A stretch of DNA of 64,000 bases from Eledone cirrhosa (Eukaryota). The notes under the pieces were generated by a model. It saw nothing but the letters and a program-made list of their open reading frames with translations. It was not told the origin of the DNA and did not search any database. Shown piece by piece: positions 51,311-63,505 of this stretch; position 1 is the stretch's first letter, and every line of letters begins with the position of its first letter. The stretch is from positions 222,208,001-222,272,000 of the forward strand of contig OZ024742.1 in assembly GCA_964016885.1 (NCBI GenBank). The letters run 5' to 3'. Position numbers and translations under genes: made by a program.

Positions 51311-51637
51311 ATATATATATATATATATATATATCTGTGTGTGTGTGTGTGTGTGTGTGTAGCGATAGGTAGATAAATAGAGAAAGAGAGATTATATATA
51401 TCATCATCATCATCATCATCATCATGTTTAACGTCTGGGTTAGACGAGTTTGTCCCATTTAGAGGCAAGTTGGGTCAGGTGACCATGTCTCACTCATATA
51501 GGACTGTTTCTGGCTGATTTTCTACAGCTGGATGCCCTTCCTAATGCCAACGACATTTACAGTGTGTGCTGGGTGCTTTTGTTATGACACCTACACAACC
51601 ACTTTACAGTGAGGGCTGGATGTTTTGTGGTACCAAC

Positions 51638-51672
<35 letters not shown>

Positions 51673-51680
<8 letters not shown>

Positions 51681-52061
51681 TAAATCATGTCTTTAGAATC
51701 ATCAGATAAAATATATACTATTTCTTCTTCTAATTAGCATAATTAACCATATAAAAAATCAATTGGATCAAGCTATAAGAAGAAAGGCTCTTATGGAGAA
51801 ATCTCCGACAAATAACCGAACGTAGCCTCTTCGCGGTGGCCCCGATCGAATATTTATCCAACATGTCGAAATGTTGGATAAATACTCGATTGGGGCCACC
51901 GCGAAGAGGCTACGTTCGGTTATTTGTCGGAGATTTCTCCATAAGAGCCTTCCTTCTTATAGCTTGATCCAATTGATTTTTTATATGGTTAATTATGCTA
52001 ATTAGAAGAAGAAATAGTATATATTTTATCTGATGATTCTAAAGACATGATTTATGATATA
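51673..52061. mobile_element. ~190-bp near-perfect palindrome in (TA)n
   Basis: Arms 51673-51864 and 51871-52061 with a 6-nt loop. Contains TATTTTAT-CTGATGA (52030-52036) as in the 41172 HHR, but no matching GAAA. Confidence 0.78.
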
Positions 52062-52157
52062 TTGCTCTGATTTTTTAATTTATTAATTCTTCATAGAGCT
52101 TAAAAGTGACCAGTTGCAACATGTATATATCTATAACTTTATGTATATGTTAACCTT

Positions 52158-52198
<41 letters not shown>

Positions 52199-52320
52199 AG
52201 AAATAGCCGTCGAAACGGCTTGAGCTCTGCTGTCAGGGTCATATTTGTTCCTATATATATATATATATCATGATAATGATATATATATATATATTTGTGT
52301 GTATATACATATATATATAT

Positions 52321-52631
52321 GGAGGCACATGGCTTAGTGGTTAGAGCATTGGCCTTGCAATCCGGGTGATGTGTTGTTTCCTTGAGCAAGACACTTTATT
52401 TCACATTGCTCCAGTTTACTCAGCTGTAGAAATGAGATGATAGGACTGGGGTCCCTATCATTCCACTGCAAAGTGGTCATGGAGGTGCCACGGCAAAAAA
52501 GCACCCAGCACTCACTGTAAATGAGGTTGGTGTTAGGAAGGGTATCCAGCTGTAGAAATCAAGCCAGAATCAGTTCCCGTCCCACCCTTGCAAGCAGGGA
52601 AAAGCGGACGTAAAATGAAATGATGATGATG
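52321..52631 (+). mobile_element. tRNA SINE with RTE-derived 3' tail; inverted partner at 53003-53370
   Basis: tRNA-like head and core, then a tail matching the RTE 3' UTR (44620-44680) and a (TGA)n end. Confidence 0.82.
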
Positions 52632-53487
52632 AAATGATATATATATAGTAAGCCATTTTAACATATGAAAACAGATAAAGGGAGGTGAAGAAATTTTTAC
52701 AGCTCAAAATATTAGATCTATTACAGTAAACTATTCATAAGGCTACATACAATTTTTAATTGCATGAATTCCTTAATACAAGTGTTTATGTAGACTCACA
52801 GAGCAAATATTACATTGAAAATGTAATATCATTTTCAATGTTATATATATATATATTAGCGTGGAAGATAGACATTAAACGATGATGATGATGATGATAT
52901 ATGAAATTTAGTAGAAATAGAATCTTTCACCTTGTTTTTGACCGAAGAAATTTTAGCCTGATTGTGTGATTTAAAATCGTCTAAAAATGGAAAAGGATGA
53001 GTGTATATCATCATTTTACATTCGCTTTTCCCTGCTTGCAAGGGTGGGACGGGAACTGATTCTGGCTTGATTTCTACAGCTGGATGCCCTTCCTAACACC
53101 AACCTCATTTACAGTGAGTGCTGGGTGCTTTTTTTCTGTGGTGCCTACACGTCCACTTTACAGTGTGGGCTGGGTACTTTTTTGCTGTGGCACCTCCACG
53201 ACTACTTTGCAGAGGATTGATAGGGACCCCAGTCCTATCATCTCATTTCTACAGCTGAGTAAACTGGAGCAATGTGAAATAAAGTGTCTTGCTCAAGGAA
53301 ACAACACATCACCCGGTCCGAGAATTGAACTCACAACCTTTTGATTGCAAGCCCAATGCTCTAACCACGCGTCTGTTTGCAGGGTAGGCCGTTTGAGCAC
53401 TCGATGCTCTCATAGAGCAGAGTATGATATCACAGAAAAAAGAGAATCAGTGTTGCTGCAAATGGAAAATCTGCTTCGTAGAATCAA

Positions 53488-53583
53488 GACGTATCTGAGG
53501 ACCTTGCGATTTTCAGAGTCAGGTTCGATCATCACATCGATTGTGCCTCAAGTTGGTTGCCAGAGAAACGATTGTAATATGTC
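53488..53583 (+). ncRNA. Type I hammerhead ribozyme with long stem II
   Basis: GACGTAT-CTGAGGA-63-nt stem II region-GAA-ACGATTGT-A-ATATGTC. Enclosed by inverted repeat 53426-53456 / 53602-53631, next to (TA)n. Confidence 0.75.
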
Positions 53584-53636
53584 CAATAAATTCCATTCGT
53601 CGCAACACTGATTCTCTTTTTTCTGTGATATATATA

Positions 53637-54528
53637 CAGGGTGTGGACGATATTTGTTCGCAATTTTCAATTGCTAATTTTATGCAAATTTTTTTTACTT
53701 CCATTGTCACTCTTGTCTTCATAAAAACAGTGACTATATTTCCACTATTTATTTTCAGAATAATTGATTATGAATAATTTTGAACCTCCAAATTTGTGGA
53801 AGAGACACGGAGTTCTTCTTGGAATCCGCGCCGGGAGGACAAATAAGACCAGAAGATCAACTCCCAGAACAACAAGTGGCATGCTGTCTCATCCAAAGAT
53901 GTGCCCAGAGTCATGCAGACAAAGTTTCCAGCGACAATATTGTTCTTAGGTGTCGTCAGCAGTCAAGGTGACGTCATGCCACCTCACTTCTTCCCTGAGG
54001 GCCTCAAGCTGAACACCGATGGCTACATCCGCGTTCTGAGCGAGGTAGTAAAGCTGTGGATCGACCAGGTAGCTGGAGGTAGGCCGTATGTGTGGCAGCA
54101 AGACTCAGCGCCCTGCCATACCAGCCGAAAGACCCAAGCCTGGCTGACAGAGAACTTCGTCGACCACACTTTACCTGACATCTGGCCTCCTAGCTCGCCT
54201 GACTGCAACCCCCTCGACTTCTTTGTGTGGGGTGCAGTGGAACGAGACACCAACAGATCTAGCTGCAATACGAAAGATGATCTGAAGGACAGGATCACAA
54301 GTGCCTTTAGGGGCCTAAGTCGGGGAACAGTGACGAAGGCCTGTAGCCGGTTCTGAGGCTACCTTGAGGCCGTCATCAAAGCCAATGGCGGGTTTATCAA
54401 GTGAGATCGAAAAAACAAGTCATGAAGACAAACTGACCCAAGTTTGATAAATATATTTTAAAAAATAAAACTACTGTGTTATTTTTTCCTAGACAGTAAT
54501 CTTGCGAACAAATATCGTCTGCACCCTG
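53637..54528 (+). mobile_element. Internally deleted DD37D (maT-type) Tc1/mariner transposon
   Basis: 27-bp TIRs CAGGGTGTGGACGATATTTGTTCGCAA / TTGCGAACAAATATCGTCTGCACCCTG with TA TSDs. Confidence 0.93.
53770..54403 (+). pseudogene. DD37D transposase remnant
   Basis: WQQDSAPCH...WPPSSPDCNPLDFFVWG has 37 residues between the 2nd and 3rd D. The N-terminus (MNNFEPP..) jumps to DQKINSQN, so the HTH and first D are deleted; premature TGA at 54354-54356. Confidence 0.9.
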
Positions 54529-55839
54529 TATATATATATATTATTTTATTATTATTATTATTATTATTTGGCAGTATCGGTAGAGAGTCGGACGCCATGC
54601 TTTCCAGCATAGTTACGTCCCTATACGGTTTGAGTTTAAATCCCGTCGAGGTTAACTTTGCCTTTTATCCTTACGGGGTCGATAAAATAAATACCAGTAA
54701 TGCACTGGGTAATTGCTGGCCTTGTGCCAAAAGTAGAAACAATTATATTATATTATTAGAATTAGGTTTGATAATATATTAAATCTATCAAAGAGATTAT
54801 AGTACAGAGGTGACAGACCTCCTTAGGCCATGGCTGTCACCATTTATCTGGTTTATGTTTCTGACATTATTCAAACTGTAAACTTTATAAAGCCAAAATT
54901 TTATAACAGCAGACTCTTCAGTGATTTCTATTCTTGAATCAGATCTGAAAATAAATATTTATTATATTAGTTAGAGATCAGCTGGTTATCTTGTCACACA
55001 GAAAATATTTGCAAGTTATGTCAAAACAAACTGAAGTAGAACATTTTTTATGAAACATATAAATAAAATTCCAGCTTCATTCAAGATTTTCAACTTTCAA
55101 GTGGTTGCTTCAATTAACTTGAATCACCTACATATCTTCTCTCAATAAGGATGTGATCAAATAATTATTGTTTTATGAAAAGCTAAAAATTGTGTCTTCT
55201 TCTTCTTCACATGTACGCTTATTGTAGTTCATGACAGTATTGCAAAGCTGGTCCTATAAATTACTGTTTAGCTATTTGGTTTCGAAGCTTTGGAGTTATA
55301 TAGCAGTATAGCTAAACATCTAAATATCTGTACAGCTATATGACTATTTAATGGTGTGGTTGTGTAGTTATACATTTATATAGCTAATTAACTATACAAC
55401 TACATAGGTGCAAAGTTATGTAACTGTAAGCTATATAACTGTATAGAATATATAGCTGTATAGTTATATAGCTATATACAGCTTAATAGCTATATAGCTA
55501 TTTAGCTGTCTAGTTTTATAGTTAAGTAGTTGTGTAGTTGTATAGCTATACATTTAAATATATGTACGGCTGTATAGCTATATAGCTTTCAGGCTTGTAG
55601 CTGTGTAGCTATAGAACTGCCTGGCTGTGAAGCTGTGTATCTGTAGAAACTGGGTTAATTCATTGAAAGTAATTAATCGCCTTGTCAAATAATACGGAAG
55701 TTGTGTAGTAGAAGACACAGACATGTTGAGTGGTTATCTTGGTAAATCTTTACTGGTTTTATTGTATGTCAATCTCTTTATGTCCATTGTGAAAGTGTGT
55801 GGCTTAGTGGTTAGGGTGTTCAGCTCACAATCATAAGCA

Positions 55840-55960
55840 CTTTAAAGACTGCCTGAAGGGTACTCTGAAGAAGGTCAAAATCAACATTGAAACATGGGAA
55901 AATCTTGCAATAGACAGAGCCTGGTTGCAAAATCTGATTGCTACTGGTGTTAAGATGAAG
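55840..55960 (+). pseudogene. Short RTE C-terminal fragment
   Basis: FKDCLKGTLKKVKINIETWENLAIDRA resembles YKDSLKASLKDANISADTWENIAADR of the 59-63 kb element. Confidence 0.65.
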
Positions 55961-57859
55961 GCCTATGCTGAAGTGAGCAGCTAAATATATGGGTAGTGTT
56001 GGCCTGCTCCCAAAAGGGGTTCAAAAGGGACTCTTACATATGAGGGATGCAGATGTGATATATGTCAAAGGCTGGAGTACTAAGCCATATTCATGGAAAT
56101 ATCACGTTTGAGTACACCTATAGCAAGACAGAATGGTATGTTGGTAGTTGATTGTGTTGTGGTGTTGATTCATTTGTTGCTTGTGTACTCACTTGTAGAT
56201 TGTTGAGTGGTGTGGTCACTGTTATATGAGTGTAGGCGAGAGAAGATTGATAGAGTGTGACCAGAGATTGTATGTGTGCAAGTAAATGAGTAAGTGTTCA
56301 TTAAGATGATGATGATATGACATTTCCTTGATCATGCAGAAAATGAAATATATATAAATGAACCACAATAACACAAAACCGCTATATTATTAATTTATTG
56401 AATATAGCCTACACTGAAGCTATATGAAAAATACACAGGAATTATGGACATTATTTGTTTGTCTGTAAAAGTAGTATTAAAGTGGATTGGCAGTATCGGT
56501 AGAGGGTAAGACGCCATGCTTTGCAGCGAAGAGTTATGGCCTTTTATGGTCTGAGTTCAAATCCCGCCAAGGTTAACTTTGCCTTTTATCCTTACGGGGT
56601 CGATAAAATAAAGTACTGGGTAATTGCTGGCCTTGTGCCAAAAGTAAAAACAATTAAAGTTATATTTACCAAAACTTTGTGAACTTCACTAGAGAGAGTA
56701 AGAGTCAGTAAAACCCAAAGGATCTGTGTAAAGCAATAGGCTACATGTTTACTCTATGAAGATTTGCTGCCTGGCCATCCAAGAGATGGCTATTTATTTA
56801 TGTCGCTTCCTTTATCTCCCAGACATAAGAAAAAACAGATGACCTTTTGATAACTCCAAATCTCAGACATGTTGGTGCCTGAAAGCCATTTAGGATACAA
56901 ACTTATCTATATGGTCACAGAGATCAGCTTCCCTGGTGCCTGGTTTGAGAGTATAAAAGCAATTCTGTTGAAAAGAGCAATAAATTACTGCTACACACAA
57001 AACACCTTGATTTTGCATGTGGCATCTGAACCAAAGTGTGTCTCAATGTGGCTTAACACGGCAACACGAAGCATGCCCTGCCAATCACACTCAAGCAAGC
57101 GGGGAAACTTACCTGCATACTGTGTAGTATGACATGTAAGTCATTTCCTGGTTTGATGAGCCATCTAAGGCGACAGCAACGACAACAACATCAATAACAC
57201 ATTTTTGCCAATGTCTGTTTTCTTTTTTTTTGTTCTAAGGAGTTGCCGTACTCAGACACGAGTTGGCTTCCACTTTGATGTATGTATGTATGCATGTATG
57301 TATGTTGCTCCGACTAACTGCCTGGCCATCCGAGAGAAGGCTATTTATTAATGTCGCTTCCTTTATCTTCCAGACATAAGAAAAAACAGATGACCTTTTG
57401 ATAATTCCAAAGCTCAGACATGTTGGTGCCTGAAAGCCATTCAGGATACAAACTTAAATGAACTCTTTTTGGTAAATATCATCTTGGTTAAGAGAGTGGG
57501 ACTGGCTTTGTGCAGTGCCTTTGTGCAGTGCCTTTGCTCACTATAAAAGCTTCACGGCACAGGCATTGCTTTATATCTGGAGATCTCTCTGCACTTGTCG
57601 ACACATGGTACCATGGGCCCAGCACTATGTGTCAATAATTGTCACAAGTGTAGTGTTTGTACCAGAGTTTTCAAGTCGCTGGCTGGACTAAAAAGTCATA
57701 CTCGTTCAGTGCATCGGTAGGGGTTCTCCTACATGGATATAAAGTAGTGGCCGTACTCGAAAACGAGTTGGCAGCCACCTTGTATGTATGTATGTATGTA
57801 TGTATGTATGTATGCATGTATATACGTCAGGTCGTATGTATGTATATATATATATGCTA

Positions 57860-58446
57860 CTGGTAACATGTATCCCAGTACAACCTGTCTCATGGTCGGG
57901 TCGTTGGCGACTAAACTGGCAACCCCACCAAGGTTTCTTGGTGAGGAGGGTGACTTTGGGCATCCTGCAGGACTAAAAACAAAACCTGTCAAAGGGCAAA
58001 GGAGCTCTTAAGAGTCAATGGCCATCCAAAATCACCGGGAAAGGTGACCCCTTAGCCTTTGTCAAGGCAGAATTCTAGGAGAAGGAAAACTCTGATATAA
58101 CACCTTCAACCCTGATGGTATCCAATGATGTTGACTTGTTCTTCTTTTTGATAAATATCATCTTGGTTAAGAGAGTGGGACTGGCTTTGTGCAGTGCCTT
58201 TGCTCACTATAAAAGCTTCACGGCACAGGCATTGCTTTATATCTGGAGATCTCTCTGCACTTGTCGTCACATGGTACCATGGGCCCAGCACTATGTGTCA
58301 ACAATTGTCACAAGTGTAGTGTTTGTACCAGGGTTTTCAAGTCGCTGTCTGGACTAAAAAGTCACACTCGTTCAGCGCATCTGTAGGGGTTCTCCTACAT
58401 GGATATAAAGTAGTGGCCGTACTCGAAAACGAGTTGGCAGCCACCA
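57860..58446 (+). mobile_element. Non-autonomous RTE-derived bipartite element; partial duplicate at 57460-57780
   Basis: 58048-58232 aligns with RTE 5' UTR 59337-59544 (TTCTAGGAGAAGG..GATGTTGA..AGAGAGTGGGA..GCACAGGCATTGC). The 3' end GGCCGTACTCGAAAACGAGTTGGCAGCCA matches RTE 3' end 63622-63650. Confidence 0.75.
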
Positions 58447-58694
58447 TATATGCATGTATGTATGCATGTATGTATATATGTGTGTGTATGTATATGTGTG
58501 TATATACATCACTCAGTCAAACAACCAGATTTCAACCCCAACATCTACAACAACAACAACACCGGCACTAATGTTTACAGCAACAACAGCTTCAGAATGA
58601 ACTGAAATTAACATTTACAACAATTACAACAACAACAACAGCGGCATCAAAACATAAAAAAAGGAAGGGAAAAGAAAAAAGAAAAGGGAAGGGG

Positions 58695-58725
<31 letters not shown>

Positions 58726-58733
58726 AAAATAAC

Positions 58734-58798
<65 letters not shown>

Positions 58799-59094
58799 CA
58801 ACATCAACTGCCACCACCACCACCACCACCACCGCCGCCGCCGCCATCACCATCACCAGCGACCTGGCCTTAAGAACAACTTTAATAATAATTTTTCTGC
58901 TTTTGGCACGGATCCAGCGACTGGCCCAGCGCATCACTGGTACTCTCTTTTGTTGACTCCGTGGAGAGCCATAACTCTATGCTGTAAAGCAATTATAGTA
59001 ATACTGGACTGTAATACGATCGGCTTCAACTATACAAACCCTTGAAAGTCAACAGTTGACATAATCTTGTAATCTTGTATCAGTAATGACGGTA

Positions 59095-59131
<37 letters not shown>

Positions 59132-59576
59132 CGTGTAAGTGAGTAGAGTAGCGTGTGTGTGTGTTTGTTGTATGTATGAGTGTTGCTGTGTGCACGCATA
59201 TGTATGCGTGTGTGTGTATGTCGTACGTATAAGTGTCAATAAGTAATTTTTTTTTTTTTTTTTTTTTTTGCGCGGGGACATAGAAATAATCGGGCTGGAT
59301 GCCCGATCGCGCAGTTAAACCACTGGGAGTGAAGAACCCCTAGCCCTTGTCAGGGTATTCTTCTAGGAGAAGGCATCTCAGGAAACTGGGTTAACACCGA
59401 TATAAAACCTGCGGCTCAGTAGTTACCGATGATGTTGATCTTTTCTTCTTTTCGGGTTATAGCTACTGTCGCTCAGAGAGTGGGATTGGTTCAGTGCACA
59501 GTCTTTCCTCACTTTAAAAATATTCGTCACGCACAGGCATTGCACGAGTGCATTAATAATTATTAATAGTGTACTA

Positions 59577-59607
<31 letters not shown>

Positions 59608-59645
59608 TATTATTACTTTTTTTTTTTTTTTTTTTTCCCAATTCA

Positions 59646-61833
59646 ATGATGATCCAGAACAATGTAAACGAGATAATTGCCAATTTGGGTTCTGGAACAA
59701 AAAGGATCATTGGCAATAAGGGCAGGGGCCCCAAGTTATCACAACCTGGGCCCGCCCGTCATCGTGCCATTGTAATAGAGCCAAACAGGGCATTTAGTCT
59801 TGGCTGCTGGAACGTACGGACGCTGCTTGACAGGGATTCTTTGGAGCGTCCTGAACGAAGGACCGCTCTTGTTGCAAAGGAGCTTCGACGTTACGATCTT
59901 GACATCGTGGCTTTGTCTGAGACGAGGTTAGCTGGAGATGGTCATCTTACGGAATTTTGTGGAGAATATACATTCTTCTGGAAAGGAAGAGATGAAGGAA
60001 CCAGAAGAGAGGCTGGGGTAGGATTTGCTGTTAAGACTGTACTGGTGAATAAATTAGAAGAATTCCCAGTGGGGATTAGTGAGCGTCTTATGTCCATGAG
60101 AGTTCCGCTGGACAAGGGAAGATATGCTACCCTGGTGAGTGTGTATGCTCCAACTATGAATTCTGTCGATGAAGAAAAACTGTCCTTTTACCATGCCTTG
60201 AAAGGTGTTTTAAGAAATATCCCTCAGGCAGACAAAGTCATCGTGCTTGGTGACTTTAATGCTAGAGTGGGTAGGGATTTTAACACATGGAATGTAATCG
60301 GAAGGCATGGGGTGGGAAAGTGTAACAGCAATGGTATGCTCTTGCTGCAGATGTGTGAGGAGCTGGATCTGTGTGTTACCAACACGATGTTCCAACAAAA
60401 GAACAAATTCAAGACCACATGGATGCATCCTGCATCTAAGGAATGGCATCTTTTGGACTACGTCCTAGTCAGGATGCGTGACAGACAGGATGTGCAGTGT
60501 GTTCGTGTTCTTCGTGGAGCTGAGTGCTGGACGGACCACCGCCTGGTACGCGCAAAAGTGAATCTAATCACCAAACGTAAAATCCGGGCTCCTGGTATTA
60601 CCCTGCCCAAAAGATTGAATGCTGCTCGTCTTAAGGATAAAAATGTGAAGAGGACATTGGAAGAAGAGATGCAGGCTGCAGATCTTGGTGAGGATTGGCC
60701 GACCCTTAAAAAGTCGGTTTATGATGTAGGCAGACGTGTTCTGGGATTGGTGCAGAGAAAACATCAGGACTGGTTTAATGAGAAAGATGTGCATATAGAT
60801 GACTTGTTGGCTGATAAGAGGCGTGCTCTGTCACGCTACTTGACGGCAAAACCACAGGAGAGGAATACGTTGCATGAGGAGCTCAGGGATGTAAAATCAC
60901 GTGTTAGGCGGAGTCTTTCTCAGATGAAGGATCAGTGGTGGAGTGAGAAGGCTGGTGAGATACAAACTGCGTCTGATTGCAATAACACAAAGCTGTTGTA
61001 CAGTCTCTTGCGTGAGGTTTATGGACCGTCTTCTTCTCTGGTGACACCGATTCGCAGCAAGGATGGCAAAGAACTTCTTCGTGACTCACAGGGAATTCTA
61101 CGAAGGTGGCGAGAGCACTTTGATGATCTTTTGAATCAGCCGTCTGTCGTCAGTGAAGATTTCCTCAATCTCATTCCGGAAAGTCCTGTGAAAGTAGCTC
61201 TCGCAGAACCTCCGACACTTGTGGAGGTTGCAGTGGCTATTTCGAAGCTGAACAGTGGAAGATCTCCAGGTATGGATGGCATACATGCTGAGCTCCTACA
61301 ATATGGTGGTGAGAGACTCCTGCAACATCTTCACTCTCTGTTTGGAAGGATATGGGCTAATGAATCCGTGCCTGAGGACTGGAGAGATGCATTAATGGTG
61401 GTCTTGTACAAGGGAAAGGGTAACAGGAATGATTGTGGGAACTACAGAGGTATATCATTGCTTTCTGTCGTGGGGAAAGTTTTATGTAGGGTGCTTCTGG
61501 ACCGTCTGCTGACACACATTGCAGATTGTGTCCTTCCTGAAAGTCAATCTGGTTTTCGTGCTGGACGCGGCACTACTGATATGATCTTCTCAGCTAGACA
61601 GCTCCAGGAGAAGTGCATTGAACAGGGCTTGGATCTGTATCAGGTTTTTGTCGATCTGACAAAGGCTTTCGATACTGTCAACAGAGATGCATTATGGAAG
61701 GTTCTCCAGAAACTTGGTTGCCCTGATAAGTTCCTTGCTTTAGTTAGGTCTTTCCATGACGACATGAAGGCTTGGGTTAATGTCGGAGGTAACATGTCGG
61801 AGCCTATCTCAGTAAAAAATGGAGTGAAACGGG
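59646..61833 (+). CDS. RTE ORF, N-terminal part: apurinic endonuclease and start of RT
   Basis: GCWNVRTL, ALSETR, SVYAPT, LGDFNARVG, LLDYVL, TDHRLV, NYRGISLLS, SQSGFR, FVDLTKAFDTV. Frame shifts at NGVK|GDIPAPTLF. Confidence 0.93.
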
Positions 61834-63189
61834 GATATTCCAGCACCGACCCTGTTTGCCATATACTTTGCAATGGTTTTCTGTATTGCATTCAGGAATT
61901 GCGAGCATGGTGTTTACATCCGATATCGAACCTCAGGCAGCATATTTAACATCAGGCGCTTTGCTGCGAAGACAAAAGTATTTACATCAGTCATAAGAAA
62001 CCTCTTGTATGCAGATGATTGCGATCTTGTAGCGCACACAGAGAGTGATATGCAGCACATTTTGAATGTATTTTCTGACGCTTGCACTGCCCTGGGTTTG
62101 ACTGTCAGTCTCAAGAAAACCGTCGTCATGTACCAACCTGCCCCTGGTAGGCAGTACACTGAACCAAACATCTATGTGTATGGCAAACGACTTGGAGTGG
62201 TTGATCAGTTTGTCTACCTGGGAAGCACTGTCAATCGATACGGCAACCTTGACAGTGAAATCTCACTTAGGATTAGGAAAGCAAGTGATGCTTTCGGAAA
62301 GCTAGAAAGGCGACTCTGGGGTCGGCGAGACATATGCAGGAGGACAAAGGTAAAGGTGTACAGGGCATGTGTACTCTCTTGTCTTCTTTATGCCTGCGAG
62401 ACCTGGGTCACATATCGACGCCACCTTAAGCAATTGGAGCGTTTCCATCAGATGTGTCTCAGACGGATCCATGGCGTTCACTGGAGGGACCACATCAGTG
62501 ATGTCGAGATTTTGGAAAGCTCTATGTGTGACAGTATAGAAGCTCTTGTGCTTAAGCAGCGACTCCGTTGGAGTGGTCACCTTGCCAGGATGAAGGATTC
62601 TAGAATACCAAAACAACTCTGCTATGGAGAGTTGGTTAAAGGAAAACGACCGCCACATAAACCAAAAAAGAGGTATAAGGATTCCTTGAAAGCCTCTCTG
62701 AAAGACGCTAACATCTCTGCTGATACATGGGAAAATATTGCTGCTGATCGTAATAAATGGAGAAAGACTGTATATGAGGGAAAAGTTGCCTTTGAGGCAT
62801 CTCGAATCGCACACGAGAAAGTAAAGCGGGACGTGAGGAAGGGCATTGCTGTTGCACTTCCAGACGGCGAGGGTCCTCCTATGTTTCTGACATGCAGCGT
62901 CTGTGCGAGACTCTGCCTAAGCAAAGCTGGACTCGAAAGTCATCTTCGCAGTCATAAAGTAAGACCAGTGGTTGACTACCAGACTGCTGTTGGAGATGCT
63001 ACTCATCATGCTTGCCAAACATGTGGTAGAGAATGTAAATCAGCAGGAGGACTCAAGCGACATGCAAAAGTACACGAACTCCAACCACAGCCGACTATTC
63101 CCAGTAAATGTTTTGGTTGCCGACTCTGTGCAAGACATTTTAGATCATTGGCTGGGCTAAAAAGCCACATTCGATCGCAGCACTGTTAG
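61832..63189 (+). CDS. RTE ORF, C-terminal part: RT, thumb and three C2H2 zinc fingers
   Basis: GDIPAPTLF, LLYADDC, FVYLGS, LRWSGH; CSVC..HLRSH, CQTC..HAKVH, CRLC..HIRSQH. Confidence 0.93.
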
Positions 63190-63304
63190 TTGCTATCGTG
63201 TGTGTGTGTGTGTGTGTGTAGATATGCTTATGTGCGTGCGTGTGTGTGTATATATATATGAATATGTATATTATTATTGTTGTTGTCGTTATTATTATTA
63301 TTGC

Positions 63305-63338
<34 letters not shown>

Positions 63339-63470
63339 GTTATTAATGTATGTGTGTATATATGTGTGAGTGTATGTGTATGTATGTGTGTGTGTATATA
63401 TGTATGTATGTATATGTATGTATGTGTGTGTGTGTATATATATGTGTATATATATATATATGTATATATA

Positions 63471-63505
<35 letters not shown>

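Noticed and set aside
59270-59420. HDV-like ribozyme at the RTE 5' end
   Set aside because: Hairpins are visible, but I could not build the nested double pseudoknot by eye.
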